DNA of 64,000 bases from a virus. Taxonomy: Duplodnaviria > Caudoviricetes. The notes beneath the pieces were generated by a model. That model was not told where the DNA came from. It ran no database searches and saw only the letters and a program-made list of their open reading frames with translations. Position 1 is the stretch's first letter; each line of letters begins with the position of its first letter. Both the position numbers and the translations under genes were made by a program. The stretch is taken from positions 1,465 to 65,464 of IMG/VR virus record IMGVR_UViG_3300020159_004070. One strand, 5' to 3'. Positions 56,561-64,000 of the stretch are shown piece by piece.

Positions 56561-57256
56561 ATGGGAAATAGTATTAAAACCTTTTCTGAATTCAAACAAG
56601 AAAACAATGTCAAAGTTAACGAGGAAAATTCAGGTATTCTAGATTACGTAGGAAACCTCTTTTCTTCTGCCGGTACTGGTATTTCTGATGTAATCAAAGG
56701 CAAAGCAGCTTCTTACTTAATGGAATTCTTTGGAATTGGAGAACAATCAATTTTTAGTAAGTTAATTCAAAACTTTGTTGAACAAATTCCGGTTATGGAT
56801 TTGTTTGGAATAATTTTCCAAGGGAAGGGAGATGCTGCATATATGGCTCCCAAAGCTGCCGATGCAACAATTGAATTTTTAACAGAAAAGGGATTGGATG
56901 GAATTGCAAAAGATCTTAAAATAGAACCAGATGGATGGATCTATCGAACTATTGCAGAAATGTTAAGCAACCAAGCAAGAAGGCAAGATTTCAGACAAAT
57001 GCTTGTAGATTTCTACACGAGTGCATTCAACGGCTTTGATCCTGTAGATACCGATGATTTTGCTAAATCCCTTTCCCCAGAGGAGCAAAGAAAATTTCAG
57101 AATGAATTAAAAGGACTAAATCAAAGAGCAGAAACTGATATTGATGTTGAAACCGGAGGTGGTTCAAAAAACATTATTAGTGATTTCTTATCTGGCTTAA
57201 TGGGTGGAGGTCAATCAACAAACTCATTCGGTCTTAGCACTGGAGAAACTAGATAA
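56561..57256 (+). CDS. Putative head-internal protein
   Basis: MGNSIKTFSEFKQE..VNEE N-terminus; late promoter at 56536. Confidence 0.6.
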   Translation: MGNSIKTFSEFKQENNVKVNEENSGILDYVGNLFSSAGTGISDVIKGKAASYLMEFFGIGEQSIFSKLIQNFVEQIPVMDLFGIIFQGKGDAAYMAPKAADATIEFLTEKGLDGIAKDLKIEPDGWIYRTIAEMLSNQARRQDFRQMLVDFYTSAFNGFDPVDTDDFAKSLSPEEQRKFQNELKGLNQRAETDIDVETGGGSKNIISDFLSGLMGGGQSTNSFGLSTGETR

Positions 57257-57274
57257 CCAATAAAAAATTAAAAA

Positions 57275-57655
57275 ATGAATATAAACGACGTTTCGAAAAG
57301 AGAAGTACTCGACTTCGACCAATTCAGAAAGAAGGTGCATGACTATGGTTATAAACCTTTGGCAGCTGAAAATCAAGAGGGAAGCGAGGGTAAATCCGGG
57401 CTACACAGAATCAAAAGAGAACCTGCTTATGATTGGGTTGGATATGCTGATGCCGTATTTAGTCCAGAGAAAGCTGGTATAGAAGTTCCTGGCTATAACG
57501 CAAAAGGTAATAGAGAATACGTAAATGGAGTGGGCGTAGAGGACGTTTATAATCCAGGTATGATTTCAACTATGGATACTTCTGAATCTGATTCAAGCAC
57601 CTCTGGTAATTCACCCCTTAATGAATTTAAAATTAGTAGGCTTAAAGACTTCTAG
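57275..57655 (+). CDS. Hypothetical late protein
   Basis: VLDFDQF near the N-terminus and LNEFKISRLKDF at the C-terminus. Confidence 0.55.
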   Translation: MNINDVSKREVLDFDQFRKKVHDYGYKPLAAENQEGSEGKSGLHRIKREPAYDWVGYADAVFSPEKAGIEVPGYNAKGNREYVNGVGVEDVYNPGMISTMDTSESDSSTSGNSPLNEFKISRLKDF

Positions 57656-57681
57656 TCACTAGATAATATTCAAACAACAAT

Positions 57682-57709
57682 GGCAAGTTTTTCGGAACTT
57701 GCCTTTTTT
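57682..57709 (+). terminator. Intrinsic terminator (UUCG loop) overlapping an ECF-type -35 element
   Basis: GGCAAGTTT-TTCG-GAACTTGCC-TTTTTT. Confidence 0.85.
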
Positions 57710-57739
57710 ATTTCATATAAAATCTATTAAACTCTAAAA

Positions 57740-58621
57740 ATGAATAAAGAATTAACAATTGGTCAGACTCCACTTATTCCATTACGAATCGATGGATTCA
57801 CAATTTGGGGAAAAGCAGAATTCATGAATCCGTCGGGTTCTGTTAAAGATAGGCCAATCTATAACATTTTAAAATCTGGTCTTGCTGAAGGAACACTAAG
57901 CAAAGGAGACACAGTGGTAGAAGCCACCAGTGGAAATGCTGGGATTTCTTTTGCTATGTTTTGTTCTCAAATGGGACTGAAATGCGTTATCGTCATGCCT
58001 TCCAATATGAGTGAGGAAAGAAAGAAGATGCTAAAATTTTATGGAGCTGACCTAATTGAAGTCGGACCCGGAGATTTCGACGGAGCAATACAATTAAGAA
58101 ACGAACTTGCAGAAAAGAACGGATGGTTTAACGGAAATCAGTTTAACAATCCAAGGAACGTGGAGGCACATTACAACGGGACTGGTGTTGAATTGATGTA
58201 CCAATGTAAGCATTTCGATATTTTTCCTTCAGCATTTGTTTTAGGAACCGGAACCGGTGGAACGTTAATGGGTGCTGGAAGATTGCTGAGCGAGCAATTT
58301 CCAGATATTGAAATTGTAGCAATCGAGCCTTCAGAATCTCCCGTAATGAGCGGGGGTCAGCCTGGATTGCACGGAATTCAAGGAATCGGTGACGGGTCAA
58401 AATTTATGGTAGAACTTTCTTTTCTCGATCATATCATAACAGTCTCTACAATAGAAGCTACCGAAATGTCCCTAAGATTGGCAAAGGAGTATGGAATATT
58501 TGTTGGGATAAGCGCTGGTGCTAACGTTCTAGCATCCCTTAGGTATTGTCAAAAATTCGGAAAGAATGACGTCATAACAATCCTCTGTGATCGGGGGGAG
58601 AGGTATTTAAGTTGCATGTAA
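57740..58621 (+). CDS. cysK: Cysteine synthase (PLP-dependent CysK/CysM family)
   Basis: IGQTPL, KAEFMNPSGSVKDR, EATSGNAG, GTGTGGT, HGIQGIG, GISAGAN and DRGERYLS. Confidence 0.92.
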   Translation: MNKELTIGQTPLIPLRIDGFTIWGKAEFMNPSGSVKDRPIYNILKSGLAEGTLSKGDTVVEATSGNAGISFAMFCSQMGLKCVIVMPSNMSEERKKMLKFYGADLIEVGPGDFDGAIQLRNELAEKNGWFNGNQFNNPRNVEAHYNGTGVELMYQCKHFDIFPSAFVLGTGTGGTLMGAGRLLSEQFPDIEIVAIEPSESPVMSGGQPGLHGIQGIGDGSKFMVELSFLDHIITVSTIEATEMSLRLAKEYGIFVGISAGANVLASLRYCQKFGKNDVITILCDRGERYLSCM

Positions 58622-58682
58622 ACGAAATTTTTTACGCTACCTTTAGTTTAAATATGAACACTATCCAATCGCAACCCGAAAT

Positions 58683-59351
58683 ATGAAAGTAAATTTAGTT
58701 CACATTCTTACTGAGCCTGAAACAAGAAGGGAAAGAGAATCAATTGCATCCATCTCAGCTTTAGCCAGCGATGAAATAAACTATATACAGCAAGTGAACG
58801 AAAGGTATAAAGGTGAACTCTGGAAAGAAGTTCCGGCTCTATCGCAAAGTTCAAACACGAATCACGGACCTGGACATTACGGTGCTTTCCAATCTTTCAA
58901 AAGAGCAATCGAAGAAAACTTTACTACTGATATAGATGCCTTGGTTCTTTGTGAATGTGATTGTGTTTTAACCTGTTCACAAGAAGAATTTGTGAAAAAA
59001 TTACGGGGTGGTATTGAATTTGCAGAACAGAATGATATCTGTTATTTGTCTTTAGGATCAAGATATGTGAATGACGTCCTTCAATCTCCGGAAAAAGGAA
59101 CAGACCCAGAATTCCCAGATTTTTATTTTACAAATAAAATTATTCTTGCCCATTGTGTTGTACTTCCAAAAATGTACAGGGAAGTTCTCCTAATGAATCT
59201 GAAAACATATAGCTGGGACAGTCCTGATCTCTGGTTCAATGAATCTTTTTGGAGATCTGGATTCTCTAATTTTGGCATAATTAGGGAGAGACTTGCAAGA
59301 CAACACGAGGGCGTTAGTCTAATAGATAACGTCTGGAAAGAATCTCAATAA
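58683..59351 (+). CDS. Glycosyltransferase-like protein (GT25-like)
   Basis: RRE, GHYGAFQSF..AI, LVLCECD (cf. LILEDD) and AHCVV. Confidence 0.45.
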   Translation: MKVNLVHILTEPETRRERESIASISALASDEINYIQQVNERYKGELWKEVPALSQSSNTNHGPGHYGAFQSFKRAIEENFTTDIDALVLCECDCVLTCSQEEFVKKLRGGIEFAEQNDICYLSLGSRYVNDVLQSPEKGTDPEFPDFYFTNKIILAHCVVLPKMYREVLLMNLKTYSWDSPDLWFNESFWRSGFSNFGIIRERLARQHEGVSLIDNVWKESQ

Positions 59352-60074
59352 TTACTGGTCCTTCTCAGTTTTAGAAGAAATCTCCCTTACGAAAAGTTCC
59401 TTGGCTATTTTGAGTGTCACTGACTCTTGATCGAAGTCTTCAAATATTTCCATGATCGTAATTGGTGGATCGAATCCTGCGGGAACCCCGACCTGATCAA
59501 GTACTTCGTGTGCAACAAACTCGTATGAAAGTGAGAAGTATGGGTTTCTTAGTGAAACCTTTTTCATAAGTGCACCTTTTGACCCTTCTCTAGTTTCCCC
59601 AATTTTCCACCAATATGCAACTATCATATCGTTGGCCATATTCCTACACAACAGAATCCCATGGTTCTCTTCAGACGTCCTTCCTTTTAGTTGGAATGTC
59701 CTGATCCTACTTTCTATATTTTTCCAAAGATCCATGCCAAGATCAGCATATTTGTATAATATGCTCAATGAGCCATCAACAACCTTGGTTAGTTCCTGCT
59801 TGTCATTTTGATCTAAATCAGAGTGCTCTAACTTTTTTAAAATGTCTCTCAGGTTAGCCGAGGTGATTTCTTCGTTTAGATTAGCTCTATTTTCGATGTA
59901 AGTCTTAGCCAATGAAAGCTCCTTGATCATCGAAAATATTTTTTTGATTGGGAGGTAAATATCTTCTTTTTCTATATCCTTATTAACACTCGATAGGAAA
60001 TCTAAAAGTAAATATTGCTTGTGCTCTTGATCAATTGGATGCTCTATGAACCATGTGGGTTTTATGTTTTTCAT
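59352..60074 (-). CDS. Hypothetical protein (only credible minus-strand gene)
   Basis: 240 aa ORF filling an otherwise empty interval; AATATATA late-type motif upstream on the - strand (60104-60111). Confidence 0.75.
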   Translation of the reverse strand: MKNIKPTWFIEHPIDQEHKQYLLLDFLSSVNKDIEKEDIYLPIKKIFSMIKELSLAKTYIENRANLNEEITSANLRDILKKLEHSDLDQNDKQELTKVVDGSLSILYKYADLGMDLWKNIESRIRTFQLKGRTSEENHGILLCRNMANDMIVAYWWKIGETREGSKGALMKKVSLRNPYFSLSYEFVAHEVLDQVGVPAGFDPPITIMEIFEDFDQESVTLKIAKELFVREISSKTEKDQ

Positions 60075-60191
60075 GGTGTGATCTTATGTTAGAAAATATG
60101 TTCTATATATTGACTCTCCACTTAATTACTGGACTTTTAAAGAAAGGATTATTGTATTGGATATATAATACATAAAAAATGTATTTAAGGA

Positions 60192-60629
60192 ATGTCAAGA
60201 ATTCATGATTATGGATCGTTTAGTTCTTCAAAAAATAAGAGAACTAGTACAGAGCTCAGTTTCACATCTGAGATAAACTATCTTGACGTAGAGGTTGTCA
60301 ACAAGCCACCCGATATTATTGACGTGGATGATCTTCACATGGAGGTTGAATACCAAGCTTCGATCGAACGCAGTAAGGATGGAATACAAGATATAAATTT
60401 TGCAATCACAAATATTGAGCTTGAAATAAAGGTTGATGACTATCCAAATGATCGGAAAGAGTTTGAGTTTGACATGACCCCGGGTGAAAATATACCTTTT
60501 CAAAATGTCATCGTAAGAAAGGGAAGCAAACTTATTCCGGCCAGCCCAACTTTTGCTAGAATAAACATGATGAAGTCTATGAATACTATGGATTTCAGAG
60601 TAGAGATTATATTTGGTAAGGATGAATAA
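60192..60629 (+). CDS. Hypothetical late protein
   Basis: Late promoter at 60160; MSRIHDYGSF N-terminus. Confidence 0.6.
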   Translation: MSRIHDYGSFSSSKNKRTSTELSFTSEINYLDVEVVNKPPDIIDVDDLHMEVEYQASIERSKDGIQDINFAITNIELEIKVDDYPNDRKEFEFDMTPGENIPFQNVIVRKGSKLIPASPTFARINMMKSMNTMDFRVEIIFGKDE

Positions 60630-61527
60630 AAACGTCTTAACAGCATACGAGTTTTTCTCTTTAAATGAATCTAAATGTTCTTCTAAGAAAGACTTTGGAT
60701 TGATTGGTCCTCTCCCTAGTGGAGAATTAAAGATCATGTTGAAAGACGTAATGGAGGCATCTGAAAATCCTGAAACCGATTCCTACATCCTAACAGTTAA
60801 GGATACCAATGTAGAATTACCAAAAAATGCTTGTAATATAGATTCCAACCTGGCAACGGTGAAAACTGATACGAACTGGTTCAGAAACGACCAGAATTTC
60901 GAAAAGTTCCACGACCTGATCGAAAAATATATTTCATGCCAGCAAGAATCGGACAACAATAAATTGGTTAATGATGTGAATCTTATCACGGAGGAGATTG
61001 GGGTAATCCCCGACGTAAACGATTACGAGTGTGATTGTGACACAGAAATCTCGGGAAGACTTACAAACGGAATGGAGTTCGAATTATACAAGGATTCTGA
61101 AACCGATCCTATGAAAAAACTTTTTCTTTACAAGAATGATGATGAGATTCATCCGACTATTGAGATTAAGAGGAAGGGATCGAGTTATCAATGTAAATAT
61201 AGGACTCCGAAAGGGGTTTTTGAGTCCCAGCACGATGCTCTAAGCTCAATTAACAAAAAACCAGTTGACCGATATCTAGTTTCTGTTTGTTGTGACAAAG
61301 AAGATGAATCGTATCAAAAAGATCTCGTTGATTATTTATTAAAGCTTTTCAAATACCATTCATGGCAAAAGCCAGAATCTGGTTCGGAAGAAAAAATGGA
61401 AAGGTATTTAGAAGAGAGCAAAGAGATAAAGACTGTCATGGAGATGTTAAAAAACTCCATCCCCGAAAAACACATAGAGGAAATGTACAGTGACGCTAGA
61501 TCTAAATTTATTTCTTCCAACAAATAG
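60622..61527 (+). CDS. Putative head-internal protein
   Basis: MNKNVLTAYEFFSLNES N-terminus. Confidence 0.55.
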   Translation: MNKNVLTAYEFFSLNESKCSSKKDFGLIGPLPSGELKIMLKDVMEASENPETDSYILTVKDTNVELPKNACNIDSNLATVKTDTNWFRNDQNFEKFHDLIEKYISCQQESDNNKLVNDVNLITEEIGVIPDVNDYECDCDTEISGRLTNGMEFELYKDSETDPMKKLFLYKNDDEIHPTIEIKRKGSSYQCKYRTPKGVFESQHDALSSINKKPVDRYLVSVCCDKEDESYQKDLVDYLLKLFKYHSWQKPESGSEEKMERYLEESKEIKTVMEMLKNSIPEKHIEEMYSDARSKFISSNK

Positions 61528-61650
61528 TTTTCTTTACGGAACACTTTCCCATATTTCTTGTATAAAAAGAAAACTAACCTTGCTATTCGGTGAATTGTTT
61601 ACGTTACAGAAGGTATTTGATGCACCGCGTAATTTATTATGTGTAGACAT

Positions 61651-62295
61651 ATGGAATGGCTTAAAAGGATATTCTCTAAAAGAAAAAATATGGATCTGAA
61701 CGACAAGACTTTGCCAGAAATGAAGGAAGAGCTTTCTAAGAATGATTTCATCTGGACGAAGGGTGAAAAAATGGGCAACATGGAAAGTTACAAGGACGTG
61801 ACAAGCGATCCTGTAACCGGGATGACTTTCGTAGAATTTCAAAGTGGTGGCAGGATTAATCTTGAGCTTCTTAACGAATATATGGATTTTTTCCCAGCAT
61901 CTAAAGTTGATTTTAGTAAACTGGCTACGCCTGTCCAAGAGCATAAGCCAACACAGCAGCCAGCCAAAGTTTCGACAAGTGCAAAAGTGGTGACATCAGT
62001 TGACCTTGAAGAATCCCCGATATATACATTGCTTAAAAAACAGAAGGAAAATTGGGTAAACGTAAATATTACATTGAAGTTAAATCTTCCTTCCAAATCT
62101 CTTTATAGTGTTCTAATTACTTCTTTTGAGGGTGCGGAGGAGGAAGTCATTGATTACGTTACCGAGGGAATAGATATAGAGGATATTAGAAGTGCTTTGG
62201 GTGAATCTATTTCAGCTTACTACGAGCAACCAAAGAAAACGACAAGCCAAAGAATAGAAAGAAAAGAAAATAAGACCCCTGAAGATGGAGAATAA
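61651..62295 (+). CDS. Hypothetical protein
   Basis: Long ORF after the GGAAC-N17-GTATAA promoter; start uncertain (61639, 61651 or 61690). Confidence 0.6.
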   Translation: MEWLKRIFSKRKNMDLNDKTLPEMKEELSKNDFIWTKGEKMGNMESYKDVTSDPVTGMTFVEFQSGGRINLELLNEYMDFFPASKVDFSKLATPVQEHKPTQQPAKVSTSAKVVTSVDLEESPIYTLLKKQKENWVNVNITLKLNLPSKSLYSVLITSFEGAEEEVIDYVTEGIDIEDIRSALGESISAYYEQPKKTTSQRIERKENKTPEDGE

Positions 62296-62860
62296 AATTT
62301 TGTTTGAGTCACCAAATCTAAATGTAGTTGAAAGAGACGGCAGAGTAGGTGTGGTTCCAACTTTCATGAATGTTGTTGTAATGCCATTTGTTTCCGACAA
62401 TCAAGGATTACCATTGGCAATAGGAATCTTGAAAGAACCAAATCCATTCAGAGAAGGAGGGGTTTCCATTTCTTTGATTACAGGTACTTCTGAAGACGCA
62501 GACCCGGATTTACTTAGCACTGCCAAGAGAGAACTTGAGGAGGAGAGTGGATTTGTTGCGGAAGACAACTCAAGGTGGTATTATCTTGGATCTGTCACAT
62601 CTTCAAAATTTGTCGATCATGAGCAGCCATGCTTTGCAGTTGATGTTACTGGCTTGGAAAAGGGAGAAGCAAAAGGAGATGGAAGTGAGGACGAGAAACA
62701 AATGGAGTTCAAATTCATTCCAGCAAATGACGTGGTAAAAGCAAAAGACATTTTCATTCCTGGCTTATTTCTAAAATTATTTAAATATGTTCTTGGGATA
62801 GATATACAATCCAGTACTAACCAAGAGGAAACAAACGGATTTAATTTCACAATTCAATGA
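62285..62860 (+). CDS. NUDIX hydrolase
   Basis: Nudix box ITGTSED...TAKRELEEESGF. Confidence 0.8.
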   Translation: MENKILFESPNLNVVERDGRVGVVPTFMNVVVMPFVSDNQGLPLAIGILKEPNPFREGGVSISLITGTSEDADPDLLSTAKRELEEESGFVAEDNSRWYYLGSVTSSKFVDHEQPCFAVDVTGLEKGEAKGDGSEDEKQMEFKFIPANDVVKAKDIFIPGLFLKLFKYVLGIDIQSSTNQEETNGFNFTIQ

Positions 62861-63177
62861 GTTTAGCAAGAAGACAAAGAAGAGAGTTAGCCAAACAATT
62901 TGGCTTTTTAGGAAGAAATGAAACTCTCGACGCCATGAGGGAAAGATTACAAAGATCACAGAAGATGGGAAAACAAATGCATGTCCAACATCTTGAAAGG
63001 GTCCAAAATCATCTTATCCAATCTAGGAGAGAAAGAGAAATAGAAAGACAGGAGGAGTTGGCAAAAGGACTTACCTCTGAAAATGCTGATATGGAAACTA
63101 AGCTAACATTAGATTCTTCATCTTTTGATTTTCTAAAAAACACACAAGACTCGGAGCCTTCAGCTTCAGCAGAATAA
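62857..63177 (+). CDS. Hypothetical basic protein
   Basis: ATGA overlap with the Nudix gene; ARRQRRELAK N-terminus. Confidence 0.55.
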   Translation: MSLARRQRRELAKQFGFLGRNETLDAMRERLQRSQKMGKQMHVQHLERVQNHLIQSRREREIERQEELAKGLTSENADMETKLTLDSSSFDFLKNTQDSEPSASAE

Positions 63178-63182
63178 AGTAT

Positions 63183-63527
63183 TTGATGTTAATGCTTGAA
63201 GAAACCCCAACGGTTAGATTCATTTTGACCTCAAAGTCTCTAAAAGAGGCAAAGAGGAAATATTGTGATACAAAATCTTTCTACATAGTTGATATAGGAA
63301 AGATTATAAGAGACCTTGGGTATGATGTAAATTCTCTGACAATCGAGTCAGAATTTGTAATAAACTACGCAGTTCAAAAGAAAATCACACACGGAATATA
63401 TAGTACGAGATGTCAAGACATCTTAGTCGTGTACAAGAATATTTCTGAAAAATTTGCCGATAACTTAGAATATTTTCTAAGTGAGGAAATTGAAGAAGTA
63501 CTCAAGTTCACGATCGAGATTGACTGA
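63183..63527 (+). CDS. Hypothetical protein
   Basis: 114 aa ORF continuing the operon. Confidence 0.5.
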   Translation: MMLMLEETPTVRFILTSKSLKEAKRKYCDTKSFYIVDIGKIIRDLGYDVNSLTIESEFVINYAVQKKITHGIYSTRCQDILVVYKNISEKFADNLEYFLSEEIEEVLKFTIEID

Positions 63528-63544
63528 AAAATGTACTCTTATAA

Positions 63545-64000
63545 ATGTCCGGAACTTTTAACAACACAAACTCTGGTACTTCGAATGGATCCATTTCTGG
63601 AGGTTTATTCAACCGTCAGAACGGATATAATTATCAAGGTGCCAATATTGCTGCAATAAATCCAGCGGTTTCATCAGCAGAGTCCCAACTCAGGAGTTCG
63701 TCAGCAGAACTAGTGAGCAGAATGTCTAACTTAGGTTCTGCTAATGTTAAAAAGGGACCTACCGCAAGAACACTTTTTTACAACGCTGGTTTCTATAACA
63801 CCAAGGACGCTAAATACGGCCAGTTCTTACTTTATTCCTTTGGAAATAATGAAAACAACTTCATTCAGGAATATTATAGATCGGAAAATCGTGAATTCAA
63901 TTCTTCAATATCTCCGGTAGATGGTGGTTCTGTTAGTGGTGGTAGCAAAAATCCTTCGGCAGGGCAATTGGTTAGAATGACACAACGTCTGCTCACTGAG
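63545..64000 (+). CDS. Hypothetical protein, truncated by the window end
   Basis: ATG at 63545, open to the end (MSGTFNNTNSGTSNGSISGG...). Confidence 0.6.
   Translation, partial: MSGTFNNTNSGTSNGSISGGLFNRQNGYNYQGANIAAINPAVSSAESQLRSSSAELVSRMSNLGSANVKKGPTARTLFYNAGFYNTKDAKYGQFLLYSFGNNENNFIQEYYRSENREFNSSISPVDGGSVSGGSKNPSAGQLVRMTQRLLTE

Noticed and set aside
61566-61650. Possible structured RNA leader (CGGTG...CACCG pairing)
   Set aside because: Only a short stem is evident and no known riboswitch, tRNA or ncRNA pattern could be recognised.
1588-62959. Numerous short minus-strand and alternate-frame ORFs in the ORF track
   Set aside because: They lie within or overlap well-supported + strand genes and show no motifs; treated as shadow ORFs (except 59352-60074 and the gp51-like frame).
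1-64000. Stop-codon reassignment as in some jumbo phages
   Set aside because: Core genes are full length in the standard code, and TAA, TAG and TGA all end genes at sensible boundaries.

Overview
This 64 kb window is part of a large, AT-rich, T4-related (myovirus-type) jumbo bacteriophage genome. It uses the standard genetic code, and all but one credible gene are on the + strand. It holds the core virion module: neck gp14-like, small and large terminase, sheath, two tail tubes, gp26/gp51-like, gp4, gp2, two portal genes, a prohead protease-scaffold fusion and the major capsid protein. Replication and repair genes include ligase, clamp loader, RNase H, a Nei glycosylase resembling animal NEIL1 and a degenerate UvdE. 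There are also nucleotide and auxiliary metabolism genes, two phage sigma factors and a large glycosylation set. TAnnTTTG promoters and A-rich, Shine-Dalgarno-free leaders suggest a Bacteroidota host. Main observations: (1) a candidate virion-glycosylation system (TibC/Aah-type heptosyltransferase, HldE-type heptose kinase, several glycosyltransferases, and recurrent TGA[TS]/GAT[AS]G motifs in structural proteins); (2) tandem full-length portal paralogues within a wider pattern of paired genes; (3) three promoter classes readable from the sequence, implying a host-sigma, ECF-sigma, gp55 cascade; (4) a scaffold nested in the protease gene with its own late promoter; (5) a family of capsid-targeting-signal cargo proteins, including a nucleotidyltransferase gated by a terminator/late-promoter hairpin; (6) three candidate frameshifts. 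All family assignments are from motif recognition by eye and no database searches were run.
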